A stretch of 64,000 nt of DNA. It comes from Tetramitus jugosus (lineage: Eukaryota; Protista; Heterolobosea). A program made the position numbers and the translations under genes. The DNA lies in contig OW569374.1 in assembly GCA_937625935.1 (NCBI GenBank), forward strand, positions 248,001-312,000. Direction: 5' to 3'. Below are positions 9,260-20,362 of this stretch, in pieces; position 1 is the first letter of the stretch; each line of letters begins with the position of its first letter. The notes beneath the pieces were generated by a model. That model had not been told where the DNA came from. It ran no database searches and saw only the letters and a program-made list of their open reading frames with translations.

Positions 9260-11740
9260 ATGGCATCTGGGAAACACATGCAATCTCTCACCACACCACG
9301 TGGGCGCCTCTCCTCTCAAATGGTTCATTCAGATAATGAGGTTGTTGACAATGATGATTCTGTTGCGATTGCACAACAACAACAGCAACAACCACCACCC
9401 ACAAAGATTCCAAGAAGAATGAGTGGTGCGACTCATGAGACTTGCACAGTGGTCGACGACTCCTTATCATCATCCCCAACAGGATCAGCAGCAGCAGCAA
9501 CAACAACAACAAGTACAGCAACCATAATGATGATGATGATTCCACTGGAGATTGTTCTGAACCATGTGTCACTGTTTTTGACAGGTATGGATGTGAGTGC
9601 ACTGCTCTGTACCTGCAAGGCGTATCATGAGCTGTATTCCCCATCGGTACGTGAGATTCAAATGGCATATCTGAATCATCACCATGGTAGTGGAGATCGG
9701 AGCACATTGGAAACATTTCTACCATTGATCCATCTAGACAATTGTCGTAGTAAGGGTAGTGGTGGTGGTGGTGCTAGTGGTCGTTGGAGTAGTAGTACTA
9801 CGATAGCAAGAATTGAAGCTGAATTGATTGAAAGCACACAAGAAACGACTGCCACCACTGTTACGAGTATTCTACTGCCACTGTTCTTTGAATACAATCG
9901 ACAATTGGTTGCAAACAAGGGTCAACAGAGTCAATTTGTGGCAGCAGGCGGTGCTGTGTTGAATTATGTGTTGGGCTATGATCACAAGGAGATTCTCAAA
10001 CGCAGGGAAAAGCATGCACAATACTCTGGTGATCTTTTTAGTGGTGATATCATCTACTACTATCCACCGTGTGACATTGACATTTTTATCATTGGCACGA
10101 ACCCTGAGGAATCTCACTCTGCACTACGCAACATTCTGCACCAATTCCACAAAGAGGCCACAGAACAGGGGGTCCGTTATGCTGTGAGTCAAAGTGCTAC
10201 CACATTCAATATTGTCCCAGAATCGGCCAGTGACACAGTGGTTCAAATCATCCTTCGTCGTATCGGGAGCATTCACGAGTTGCTTACATTCTTTGATTTA
10301 GACTGTTCTCGTTTTGCTTTTGATGGCGTTCATTTGTATAGCAATTCTTTGGGTTTACGCGCAATTACAACCGGGGTGAACATTCTAGACTCTGGCATGC
10401 ACAACAATGCTCTCTGCATGAGAAGGGCAGCCAAATACAGACATCGTGGCATTGTTACCATTTTTCAGGACCATCCTTTGCACCATCTATTTAATGAAGA
10501 GATGATACACAGTCTTTTCAGACCAAGAGAGCTCCAGAACGCAATTGAGAACCCATATTCAAAACACAGACTTTGTGACAGTTTCTCCTCTCCAGACCTT
10601 AACAATTGTGGTGAGTTTTATCAGAATTTGAACCGAAGAATTGGCGACTATGGTGCTATCGTTCGCCACTTGAACGGAGGAGGCGATTCTTTTGTTGATG
10701 GTCATCGACTGTCATTGTCCATTGCTGAAGTTTATGCGTTGAATCGTTCCATTCTGGGCACAGAGACCTACAATGAAGAGTATATCGCCTACAATTATCT
10801 CATCTCACGTTGTGAGATATGCAAGCAATATTTTGCTTCCTGCAGTGGCAGAAGGGCCAGATCCACTTCAGGAAAGTGCAAGGCATGCAACTCTCTTCCT
10901 GAACAAATGTTTGAGAATATTGACTTGCGACATCAGGTAGCTGTTCTCTTTGGTTGTTCGCTGCATTCAATCATGTTCACAGTGACTCGCTTGCTTCAGG
11001 GTGGAGCAAAAGTTGTTTACGCAACACACTGTGTACAACAAGCCCTCTCTGATTTCCAGATGTTGGACGTGTCGACTAATCGCAAGAACCTAGTGGTTTA
11101 TCCCCTAAACTTGTTTGACGATGAGTGTCCAAGACTGTTGGTTGAATTTCTTAAACTCTGCTTTGGTCGAATTCACATTGTTTTCAATGGTTCTGCTGGA
11201 TTTACAACCTACTACGATGGAATCAATTGTGTCAGTAAACTCGATGTCGACGATCCAGAGACTGTTGTTGAATCATCTCTTGCCTTCTTACACACGAATG
11301 CACAAGCTAGGAGATTGTGGTTGTCTGCTTGTCAATCTGCTTGGGGCACAAGCGAGAAAATGACGCAACTCATTCACGATTCGATGAGTGAAATTACCTG
11401 TTTGCGATTCTTCTATGATGCTCATGCTCTTGGACCTATGGAACTGCTCAAGGCTTTACGTTCCTTGCTCCATACAAGCCGTGAAGATCCAAAGTCATCT
11501 CACGTTGTGAACCTATTGTCTGTTGGTGATGAATATATCAGCATAGGAGCCGTCAAACAGGACATTGTACCCTTCACGCGTAACAACGCTCATAACTGGG
11601 CCAAGGATGGTGTCTTGATGAATGCTCTGGAGTCCACCAGTCAATATTCGAGCGATTGGTTGTTATACCCTGTGCTCTACGGAACTGAGGTGTACGGGAA
11701 GAGATTCAGGGGATGCCAGACGGTGCCTTGGACCTGGTAG
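9260..11740 (+). CDS. Multidomain protein: F-box-like segment, pol-beta-type nucleotidyltransferase-like domain, Cys cluster, degenerate SDR-like domain
   Basis: IPLEIVLNHVSLFL..MDVSALLCTCK; AGGAVLN...CDIDIFI...QIILR...FDLDCSR; CEICKQY...CKACN followed by IDLRHQVAVLFG...LLQGGAKVV. Confidence 0.6.
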   Translation: MASGKHMQSLTTPRGRLSSQMVHSDNEVVDNDDSVAIAQQQQQQPPPTKIPRRMSGATHETCTVVDDSLSSSPTGSAAAATTTTSTATIMMMMIPLEIVLNHVSLFLTGMDVSALLCTCKAYHELYSPSVREIQMAYLNHHHGSGDRSTLETFLPLIHLDNCRSKGSGGGGASGRWSSSTTIARIEAELIESTQETTATTVTSILLPLFFEYNRQLVANKGQQSQFVAAGGAVLNYVLGYDHKEILKRREKHAQYSGDLFSGDIIYYYPPCDIDIFIIGTNPEESHSALRNILHQFHKEATEQGVRYAVSQSATTFNIVPESASDTVVQIILRRIGSIHELLTFFDLDCSRFAFDGVHLYSNSLGLRAITTGVNILDSGMHNNALCMRRAAKYRHRGIVTIFQDHPLHHLFNEEMIHSLFRPRELQNAIENPYSKHRLCDSFSSPDLNNCGEFYQNLNRRIGDYGAIVRHLNGGGDSFVDGHRLSLSIAEVYALNRSILGTETYNEEYIAYNYLISRCEICKQYFASCSGRRARSTSGKCKACNSLPEQMFENIDLRHQVAVLFGCSLHSIMFTVTRLLQGGAKVVYATHCVQQALSDFQMLDVSTNRKNLVVYPLNLFDDECPRLLVEFLKLCFGRIHIVFNGSAGFTTYYDGINCVSKLDVDDPETVVESSLAFLHTNAQARRLWLSACQSAWGTSEKMTQLIHDSMSEITCLRFFYDAHALGPMELLKALRSLLHTSREDPKSSHVVNLLSVGDEYISIGAVKQDIVPFTRNNAHNWAKDGVLMNALESTSQYSSDWLLYPVLYGTEVYGKRFRGCQTVPWTW

Positions 11741-11751
11741 AGCTATTTCCT

Positions 11752-12135
11752 TCATGAATGTCGCATGAAAGTAGCGAAGCATTCCAAAATAACCCTCTGC
11801 TCTGTTGTTACAAAGTACTCTTGGATCAACACGGAGCACCATCGAGGAGTTCTTGATTTCAGACCATCTCTCATTCGTGCTTTATAACACAAAACTGCTC
11901 TGTTACGAATTGATTTGTCCACATGCATTTCATCTGTCATAATTTGTTTCCACTCCAATAAATACCTAGCAGTATCTTCTGTATGAGTCAAAATGTCCGA
12001 AATCAAGGTTTCTACTAACTCTTTTCCTTCACAACCTTGGAAAATTCGATCACCCAATAAACCCAAAAGGCAAGAAATCAATCGATTCTGAACGAAAGGA
12101 ACCAATAATGTGGAGACTGAGAAAAACGTATCCAT
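11752..12135 (-). CDS. Hypothetical protein (127 aa)
   Basis: ATG-initiated ORF filling the intergenic gap; no recognised motif. Confidence 0.35.
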   Translation of the reverse strand: MDTFFSVSTLLVPFVQNRLISCLLGLLGDRIFQGCEGKELVETLISDILTHTEDTARYLLEWKQIMTDEMHVDKSIRNRAVLCYKARMRDGLKSRTPRWCSVLIQEYFVTTEQRVILECFATFMRHS

Positions 12136-12512
12136 AATTTGAGGTTTACAAGAGTTACTATTAAGGATGTTAAGTCAAGGTCATTTCACGATGGTAAATT
12201 AATTTTTTATTATATTTAACTCTACATTATTTCATGATATTATCTATTATTTAATTAAATAATTCACTGACGATTTTAAGAAGTTTTGTTTTCCGATGTT
12301 TCGACTTCGTGTCTCGATATGTGAAAATTAATGAGCTGCTATCTGGTTAACTCATTTAAAATGCTTTGTGTTGCTCCTGTGCGCTGAATTTGTTGTTGGC
12401 TAACTCATCCGAAATTTCATGCTTGGGCCAGTTTGCTCGGACAGAATAAAGTACGTCGTTACGAGATATGATTGTTCATGATTGTTGTTGTTGCTATTGA
12501 TTGTTTTTTTAT

Positions 12513-13511
12513 TTACTTGTTGAACCACTTGTTGTATGCATCGAGCATAGTGACACCCAAACGTGCAGGGGATTGAGAGACAACGATACCAGCGTCTTCC
12601 AATGCTCTAATCTTGCTTGGTGCATCACCCTTGCCACCGCTAATGACAGCACCAGCGTGACCCATTCTTCTGCCAGGTGGAGCAGTCACACCAGCAATGA
12701 AACCGACAACAGGCTTCTTGATTGGATGATTCTTGAGGAATTCAGCAGCTTCTTCTTCTGCTTGTCCACCAATCTCACCAATCATAATGATACCTTCAGT
12801 CTCTGGATCTTCCAAAAACAGTCTCAACACATCAATAAAGTTGGTGCCGTTGAATGGATCACCACCAATGCCAACAACAGTGGATTGACCGAGTCCAGCA
12901 CTCGTAGTCTGATGAACAGCCTCATAGGTCAATGTGCCCGATCGACTCACAATACCAATCTTACCAGGTGTGTGAATATAGCCAGGCATAATACCAATCT
13001 TGCACTCATTTGGCTTAATGATACCAGGGCAGTTGGGTCCAATGAGACGAGTCTTTGATTGTGACTTGAGGGCGTGCTTGACCTTGACCATGTCATGCTG
13101 TGGAATGCCCTCTGTGATGCACACAACGAGATCCATCTCTGCTTCAATGCTCTCCAAGATGGCAGCAGCAGCACCTGGTGGTGGCACATAAATGACAGAT
13201 GCTTGGCAACCAGTTTGTTCCTTTGCCTCACGAACAGAGCGATAAATGTTGACGCCTAGATGAGTGCTGCCACCCTTTTGTGGATGAACACCACCCACCA
13301 TTTGTGTTCCATACTCGATGGCTTGTTGAGTGTGGAAGGTGCCCTGTTTGCCTGTAATACCCTGACAAATGACCCTTGTGTGCTTGTTGATGAGCACCTT
13401 GGGTGCTTGTCCTGCTGGGTAGGCAGAGGAGACGGCTGCTGAAGTGGTGCTGTATTGACGACACAGAGCAGCACTCTTGACTAGTAGATTTTGACTCTTT
13501 CTCATCATCAT
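12513..13511 (-). CDS. SUCLG1: Succinyl-CoA ligase alpha subunit
   Basis: [40 protein letters not shown] and RMGHAGA (phospho-His) motifs. Confidence 0.98.
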   Translation of the reverse strand: MMMRKSQNLLVKSAALCRQYSTTSAAVSSAYPAGQAPKVLINKHTRVICQGITGKQGTFHTQQAIEYGTQMVGGVHPQKGGSTHLGVNIYRSVREAKEQTGCQASVIYVPPPGAAAAILESIEAEMDLVVCITEGIPQHDMVKVKHALKSQSKTRLIGPNCPGIIKPNECKIGIMPGYIHTPGKIGIVSRSGTLTYEAVHQTTSAGLGQSTVVGIGGDPFNGTNFIDVLRLFLEDPETEGIIMIGEIGGQAEEEAAEFLKNHPIKKPVVGFIAGVTAPPGRRMGHAGAVISGGKGDAPSKIRALEDAGIVVSQSPARLGVTMLDAYNKWFNK

Positions 13512-14154
13512 CGTGACTATTTTTTTTTTTATTGTATGTGGTGGTGTTGGGGTGTTGGGTTGTTGATGATCACAGCAATGTTGCTTTTTTTTTCTTCTGA
13601 TTGTGTGATTTTCCTGTGTGGGCTTGGGTGCTGTGTTGTAAAATTATTGCGCTTGTTGTCGTGGAGTAATTTACCCGGGTTTTTTTTTCTTGTGTGGGTG
13701 GTTGATGTGTTGGCGGTGACTTGGCAAGTCTCTCGTCGATTGTTGTTGAAGGTGACCCATAAGAAAATGGTTCGATTGTGAATTTTTCGATTCAAAATAT
13801 GTCAGTGCGTCAGTGAAACCAATGTGAATGATGACAAACAAACGCCGTTTCATGTATTCATAGAAACCCGGTGACGAACATTGCTGCAAGAATGAACCTT
13901 TGTCCTTAGATCCTTGTCTGACGCACTCGATAACAACTTCTTTTTTTTGTATCCCCAGCCACACAGCAGCAAGAAAACACAACAACCACAACAGCGATTG
14001 ACTTCTTGGAAGGATGAGTCTATGGCTGTTTTCTTTTCTGGCCAGCCCTCTGCTCTACAAACTATATCGCAGTGCAAGACAGAATACAACAACAACAACA
14101 ACAGCCACCACACATCAAGAAGCACAGAACAATCATGAGAACGAACAAAATGAG

Positions 14155-14511
14155 ATGAATTTCACCACCATTGATCATGATCACCAACAAAAGACGGAAC
14201 ACGAATTGACACTGAAATCAGCAGTTGTCGAAGAACAACCACACGGGTCCATTTCCATGAACAATCATCACCATCATCACATGAATGATGAACTCGATCA
14301 CACTGTGGAGATTGAACTGCCTCAGTCAGTCATCAGCAACAACAATAAGAAGAACAATAAGAATCATTCATATGAAGCAAGTGCAGGAATCATATGGATG
14401 CATGGACAGAATGCACCCATCTCTTATGATACACCAGGTGGTGAACTGCCCTACCTGTATGAACAGTGCAATGTCATCTCTACACTCATCAAGAACAGAA
14501 ATCAACTCTAA
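14155..14511 (+). CDS. Hypothetical low-complexity protein (start uncertain)
   Basis: ORF with His/Asn tracts typical of coding DNA in this window; no family recognised. Confidence 0.3.
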   Translation: MNFTTIDHDHQQKTEHELTLKSAVVEEQPHGSISMNNHHHHHMNDELDHTVEIELPQSVISNNNKKNNKNHSYEASAGIIWMHGQNAPISYDTPGGELPYLYEQCNVISTLIKNRNQL

Positions 14512-14962
14512 CTCTGGTCTGCACAGATAACAGATAAAGGAAGAGCAGTCTGCAGAGGAGAATTCAATTTGTCACACAACAAGATTTGGAGAATTCTTTT
14601 TTTGTATTGATCACGGAGATGATCACCGGTGGTTGCGGTTTTGCTGTTGAGAAACAGAAGTGGAGTTGACCACTACGCGTTGTTGACCCGCATACTAGCT
14701 GTTGGGTCGATCGACTCAGGAAGATTGTTTTCCTCAGACTGTTGGGGCGACTGTGCCCAATGCGGCATTTCAAGCGGAAGTAGCCGTAGAGTTTCACCTT
14801 TTCGGATAATTATTATTGGCGCCTCTCAAGCAAAAGTCCTGGTGGTGGTGATTCTCTCACGAGCCAGACACAGATATTTATGCTTGTTAAAAAAAACAAC
14901 GCAACTTGCTCCAAACCAACAACGCATCCATACAATAAACGACAAGAACAACAATATCTACA

Positions 14963-16561
14963 ATGAGTAGTAGCAATACAATAACGAATAGCAATAGTGG
15001 AGGTGGTGGACTGTTGAGTGACATGAACAATAACATTTCATTGTCTCAAATTGTAAATCGGTTGATTCAATTGATTGTGGCAGAATTGGAGGAGAGACCA
15101 CAACGATTCTTGATTGACATGAGTCTCTTCTTTTGCTTCATCTATGTCATCTTTAGTAAATCATACAAAATTCCAAAACCTACCAAATTGACCCCTGAAG
15201 AAGTCAATGACTTGTTGAATGAGTGGACACCTGAGCCTCTATTGCCCATCAAACCACAAAAGTTATCATCCCCTCGCACGACTGAAGTGGCACTGTCACT
15301 CTCTTCTCATGACGACAATCACCATAAAACAACAACAACAACAAGCAGCAGTACAACAGCAACAAGTACCAATGGCAACATTGTGTCCAGTGCACTGGAA
15401 ACCAAGTTTACTCTCCAGGGCAAAAACGATCCTGTTCACAACTTTGCCACCTTTAATTTCTTGGGATTGGTGGGTGATAGGGACATTATTGCAAAGTGCA
15501 AGGAAACCATATTAAAGTATGGTGTGGGATCATGTGGACCCAGAGGCTTCTACGGCACGATAGACGTCCATTTGGAACAAGAGAGAAGATTGGCAGAGTT
15601 CTTGGGCACAGATGCCTGCATTCTCTACTCTTATGGCTTTTGTACCATCTCCTCTGTCATTCCAGCCTTCTCCAAGAGAGGTGACATTATTCTGTATGAT
15701 CAGGGAGTGAACTTTGCAACTCAACAGGGCATTGAACTGTCTAGAACCAGTGCACAGTCATTCAAGCACAATGATCTCAACGATTTGGAGAGACTGTTGA
15801 GAGAAGTGGTGGCCAAGGACACACACGGTCGTCGTCCAGTCAAAAACAGACGATTCATTGTCATCAATGGTGTCTATGAGAATTATGGCGATGTGGCTCC
15901 ATTGGCCAAAATGATTCAACTCAAGCACAAGTACAAGTTCCGTATCATCATGGACGACAGTTTTGGCTTTGGTGTGTTGGGCAAGAATGGCAGAGGAACA
16001 CCAGAGCACTGTGGTGTCAGCATCAAGGACATTGATATCCTGTCTGCCAACTTGGAGAACTCGATGGCAACTGCTGGTGGATTCTGTGTCGGCAGTAGAC
16101 AAGTCGTGGAGCATCAGAGATTGTCTGGACTGGGATATTGCTTCTCTGCCTCTCTGCCACCATTCACTGCCACGGCTGGTATTGAAGCATTGAAACGATT
16201 GCAAAAGAATGGTGCTTGTCTGATGAAGGACCTCGAGTACAATATACGATTGACATTTGATTCGTTGAGCAAGGTGTTGCCATCATGTCTCAAGCTCGAA
16301 GGATCCTATCACTCACCCATCATGCACATTCGCTACAGGGGAATGAACGACACGAAGGCTACTCTCAAACTGTTTAAGCAAGTGGTGACACGTGCTCTGG
16401 ACAAGAATGTAGCTGTCGTCTGTCCAAAGTACTCCAAGAGAGAGATCAATGAACCTGCACCAAGCATCCGTATCGCAGTCAGTGCTGCACACTCTGCCGA
16501 AGATGTGCAATACTGCGCCTCTGTTCTCAAAACTGTGTTGCATCAACTGTTTCAATCATAA
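14963..16561 (+). CDS. SPTLC1: Serine palmitoyltransferase subunit 1 (LCB1)
   Basis: N-terminal TM segment, EWTPEPL, YGVGSCGPRGFYGTIDVH, and HQRLSGLGYCFSASLPP. Confidence 0.96.
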   Translation: MSSSNTITNSNSGGGGLLSDMNNNISLSQIVNRLIQLIVAELEERPQRFLIDMSLFFCFIYVIFSKSYKIPKPTKLTPEEVNDLLNEWTPEPLLPIKPQKLSSPRTTEVALSLSSHDDNHHKTTTTTSSSTTATSTNGNIVSSALETKFTLQGKNDPVHNFATFNFLGLVGDRDIIAKCKETILKYGVGSCGPRGFYGTIDVHLEQERRLAEFLGTDACILYSYGFCTISSVIPAFSKRGDIILYDQGVNFATQQGIELSRTSAQSFKHNDLNDLERLLREVVAKDTHGRRPVKNRRFIVINGVYENYGDVAPLAKMIQLKHKYKFRIIMDDSFGFGVLGKNGRGTPEHCGVSIKDIDILSANLENSMATAGGFCVGSRQVVEHQRLSGLGYCFSASLPPFTATAGIEALKRLQKNGACLMKDLEYNIRLTFDSLSKVLPSCLKLEGSYHSPIMHIRYRGMNDTKATLKLFKQVVTRALDKNVAVVCPKYSKREINEPAPSIRIAVSAAHSAEDVQYCASVLKTVLHQLFQS

Positions 16562-16661
16562 ATAACACTTGTAAGAGTCCAAGTGCAAAGTACTTTAATG
16601 GTCATTTATTATTGTGATTGCTCTTGTTATTGCTATGGGTTGGTTGGTTGGTTGGTTACGC

Positions 16662-17843
16662 TTAGTAGGCTGGATCATAATCTGCTTCGGACAATTTCTT
16701 CTTGTTGGCGTCTTCGGGACCGCGTTCCATCATGCGTGCAATAATGTCATCCATGGTCACCATGGAATAGGTTGGATCTTCGTATGCCTCGGCAGCCTCA
16801 TCAGAAATCTCTCCCAACAGCTGGAACATGGTGGATCGTTGAGATTGCAGGAATTGATCAAACTTGAGAATGGATTTCATTTCTTCTGCTTCGAGCATGG
16901 ACTCAAACGAAGATCCATTCTCCTCAAATGGAGATCTCTCAATCATGTTTGGCAACATTTCAGATGGCAATCCGTACAATAGTTTGGCTTGCTGTTCCGT
17001 TTCTCTCTTCTTTTGCTTGTCCAGTGAATCGGCAGATGACTCTGATTCAATGACACGCTGGTAGAGAAGCGTCTCGGCACTCAATGGATCATTCATGGGT
17101 CCAATGCTCTCTTCGATGGGTGTCACTGGAACAGCCGTGTTCAGATAACTGCGAGACATGTACATGTCCAACAGTTCATGCTCTGGGTACTGCTCTGGTG
17201 TCATGGATTGCTTGTCTCTGCCATAAATCTTTTCAAATTCCTCATTGGACAAATCCTTGTATCTCTTGCTCAACAATTCATACTGATATTGGATGGCTTG
17301 AGTCTTGCCCAGTGCACCCAACTCTCTTCTCTGTGCATCTCTCACACTCTCAAACTGATCCAACTCTTCATACAATTCCTGAATGGCCTGCTTATTGATG
17401 ATCAAGTGTTGTTTGAACAAGTGATTTCTGGCGTGGGTCAATGCCTGAAAGTACGCACTCACATAAAAGTCTCTCTGGAAACGAGGTGGCAATTGATTAA
17501 AGTCACGGGTGATGCGAATGTGTTGAATCTTGCCTAGTCCGTTCATGGTGACCTGCACGGACTTGCATGGTGTACCGCCGACAAATGTCTGTTTTTGAAT
17601 TTCGTATTGAGCATAGTCTTTTCTCTCGTGAATCTTGCCCATAATCTTTTGAGCAGATGCGTATTGCAATTGTCGACCACGGACCAAAAAGTCCATGACA
17701 CGGGCAATGTGACCCACGTCTCTCACTTCATTGTTTTCTCTCGTGGTGGCAAAAGTCACATTTTCACGCAACAAGTTGTATGTGTAAATTTTGTTGATGC
17801 TGGGCAAGTGCCTCTCAAACATGCGATTGAATTGTAGTGCCAT
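16662..17843 (-). CDS. Hypothetical protein with YbaB/EbfC-like domain
   Basis: TFVGGTPCKSVQVTMNGLGKIQHIRI...FYVSAYFQAL resembles the YbaB core; helical acidic C-terminal half. Confidence 0.55.
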   Translation of the reverse strand: MALQFNRMFERHLPSINKIYTYNLLRENVTFATTRENNEVRDVGHIARVMDFLVRGRQLQYASAQKIMGKIHERKDYAQYEIQKQTFVGGTPCKSVQVTMNGLGKIQHIRITRDFNQLPPRFQRDFYVSAYFQALTHARNHLFKQHLIINKQAIQELYEELDQFESVRDAQRRELGALGKTQAIQYQYELLSKRYKDLSNEEFEKIYGRDKQSMTPEQYPEHELLDMYMSRSYLNTAVPVTPIEESIGPMNDPLSAETLLYQRVIESESSADSLDKQKKRETEQQAKLLYGLPSEMLPNMIERSPFEENGSSFESMLEAEEMKSILKFDQFLQSQRSTMFQLLGEISDEAAEAYEDPTYSMVTMDDIIARMMERGPEDANKKKLSEADYDPAY

Positions 17844-18121
17844 TTTTGTTCTTTTTCTTCTTGTTTGTTGTTTGTTGTTGGTTGTTGGTAGTTGTTGTTG
17901 TTGATCAAAGGGATGTGGTTGGTTGATTGGACTTGTAAAAAGATAAAAATGAAATGCTCACTCTCAATCTCTCTCGTTCGTTGGTGTTGGCAAAAAAATG
18001 CTCTCTTATTGTTGTTGGTGTGGCGGTGGATGTTTTTCGTTGTGTGGAAAAATATTTTGCGGTCTTATTTTACAATGAAGCGGTGAAAAAAAAGAGAATG
18101 ATAGGGATACAATGGAGGTTG

Positions 18122-18463
18122 TTATTGATTATTGTTGTTGCTGTTGTTGCCGTTGATATCGTCATATGTTTTGTCCACTTCTATCCTCTGGACAGTTCCA
18201 AGTTGTGGATCTTCTACACGTGCATCCATGGATGTCTCATGTTCGTCTCTGTGATAAGTGTCTTGATTCTGTGGGCTCATGATATTGTGGTACGTGTCAG
18301 AGATGAAGTGTCTTGTGGATTCGATGGCGGACTGGATCATTTCACTTGGTGTTGAACTTCTTCTTTTTGTATGATGATCAAAGGAATCGGGGCGTTCTCC
18401 TCTTTGGAAAGCCAAAGTGTCTTCATCTTCCTCTTCTCGTTCAAAGTTGTTATCTGGGTTCAT
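18122..18463 (-). CDS. Hypothetical acidic protein (113 aa)
   Basis: ATG ORF with A/C-rich leader and poly-N tail like neighbouring genes. Confidence 0.45.
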   Translation of the reverse strand: MNPDNNFEREEEDEDTLAFQRGERPDSFDHHTKRRSSTPSEMIQSAIESTRHFISDTYHNIMSPQNQDTYHRDEHETSMDARVEDPQLGTVQRIEVDKTYDDINGNNSNNNNQ

Positions 18464-18721
18464 TCTGTATGTTTGCTTTGATCCAATACGGCAGTTGATT
18501 TAGGAGAGGACTTGAATTCAGTTCTGTGGTTTTCTTTTATCACTCGTGTGTTGTATTGACAGTACACTCACTCGGTCACACGCGCTCGACAAGTCAAAAA
18601 TAACAAAAAATTCATTTATAGTTTGGTGGTGTAGATGGTGGAATAATGGCATTTCAGACCAGATCTGGATCAGATCATGAACGTACAGGCACAGACAAGG
18701 CACGCACGCACACTCAAATGA

Positions 18722-20224
18722 TTATTGATTGAGCAACACACGCTTGACAAGAATCATTTCAACTGCTTCTTGAATAATGTCCATGGCCTCAACCAGATCA
18801 TTCATCTCCACTGCACAACTGAATCGAATGAGTTTTTGAGTCGGATTCATACCAAATGCCACACCAGGCACACATGCCACTCCAGTCTTTCGACTGCCAT
18901 GAATGTACATGTCTCTAAAGAATTGTTGTATTTGTTCATCCGTTTTCACTCCAAACTCATCTGGTAACAACTCACTAAAATTGACAAAGACATAAAAGGT
19001 TGCACTGGGCACACGGGCCACCACCAACAATTCTCTTCCTGTTTCCTTTGTCACATGACAGCCATACATTCTGCCCAATTGATTCAATCTCTGTACAACC
19101 AACTCTGTTCGTTCACTGTAGCTGCGACTGACTTGTTGAACGAGTGATTGAATCGGATGATCCATAATGTATTGCAGTGATGCTCTGAGACCTTCTTGTG
19201 AACAGATGCTGGCATTGGCACTGCATGCCATTTGAATGTTGGTCATGCATTGGACGAGTCGTTGATCATAGCAGCAACAGAAGCCACATCTCATACCGGG
19301 CATTGCACCCAGGCCCTTTGAAGCAGACAGAATGAGAAATGAATTGTTGAGTACTCTGGTGGATGCATACTGGAGAATACTCACATGTTGACGATAGGAG
19401 GATGTTGTTGATAATGATTGATCACTACTACTAGTACTACTACTAGTATTGTTGTTATTATCATTGTTGTTACTATTATTGTTATTGTTGTGGTTGACAA
19501 TACCAAAGTACACTTCGTCCAGAATAATGGAGAATCCATCATTGGTCAACTGTAATTGCTCATCCAGAAACTGTGCCAATTCTTTGGCTTGTTGTTGACT
19601 GAGATTGGAACCGACTGGATTGTTGGGATAGCACAGAACAATACTCTTGATTTGTTGTTGATATTGATCAAATACTGTTCTGAGTGAGTCAACAGTGGGA
19701 ATGAATTGATGACTCTCGTGTGTCTCCACCGGGACAAACGTTCCTCCCAACAACTCTGTTTGATGCTTGTAGAGGCCATAGGCAGGCAACGGTGACACCA
19801 CAACATCATTCTCACTCTCAATGGATAGTGCCAACACATTGTACACGGCTTGCACTGCACCTGCTGTAATAATGACATTTTCAGGTGAATACACCACATT
19901 GTTGTGATCATTCTCACTATTATTATTCTGATGATTCTGATTATGATTGTCATGATTGTGAAAGAAGAACATTTGATTGATGAATTGAGATGCAGTTTGT
20001 CTCACTGACAACAATCCTTGCACATCAGTGTACGGCATTTTGTTCGTGTCAATCAATTGTACCATTGCATCGTGTGCTGATTGGAAAATGGGCAAGTTGG
20101 GAGTGCCTTGTGCAAGACTGATAATCTTTGCATTCTGTTCTTGAATGATTCGATTGGTCTCTGCTGCAATTTGCTTGATGGTGATTGGTTTTGCATTTTG
20201 TATGCGATTCAACACTTGTACCAT
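18722..20224 (-). CDS. Class I/II PLP-dependent aminotransferase
   Basis: ISLAQGTP, YTDVQGL..VR, TAGAVQA, PNNPVG, DEVY, SASKGLGAMPGMRCG (PLP Lys) and VPG.AFG...IRFS motifs. First ATG at 20224. Confidence 0.93.
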   Translation of the reverse strand: MVQVLNRIQNAKPITIKQIAAETNRIIQEQNAKIISLAQGTPNLPIFQSAHDAMVQLIDTNKMPYTDVQGLLSVRQTASQFINQMFFFHNHDNHNQNHQNNNSENDHNNVVYSPENVIITAGAVQAVYNVLALSIESENDVVVSPLPAYGLYKHQTELLGGTFVPVETHESHQFIPTVDSLRTVFDQYQQQIKSIVLCYPNNPVGSNLSQQQAKELAQFLDEQLQLTNDGFSIILDEVYFGIVNHNNNNNSNNNDNNNNTSSSTSSSDQSLSTTSSYRQHVSILQYASTRVLNNSFLILSASKGLGAMPGMRCGFCCCYDQRLVQCMTNIQMACSANASICSQEGLRASLQYIMDHPIQSLVQQVSRSYSERTELVVQRLNQLGRMYGCHVTKETGRELLVVARVPSATFYVFVNFSELLPDEFGVKTDEQIQQFFRDMYIHGSRKTGVACVPGVAFGMNPTQKLIRFSCAVEMNDLVEAMDIIQEAVEMILVKRVLLNQ

Positions 20225-20362
20225 ACTTGTGCTATGCTTGTGATGTCCGATTTGTGTTTTGATGATTGTTGGACCTTTTTGTTTATTTTGGTGTGTGTTT
20301 TTTCGCGACTCACTGGCGTTGGAGGTGTGCGATGGCACTTGAGAAGAACTGGCCAGATTGAA

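Noticed and set aside
12140-12300. Very AT-rich patch
   Set aside because: No terminal repeats, ORF or structure were recognised. Probably promoter or intergenic DNA.
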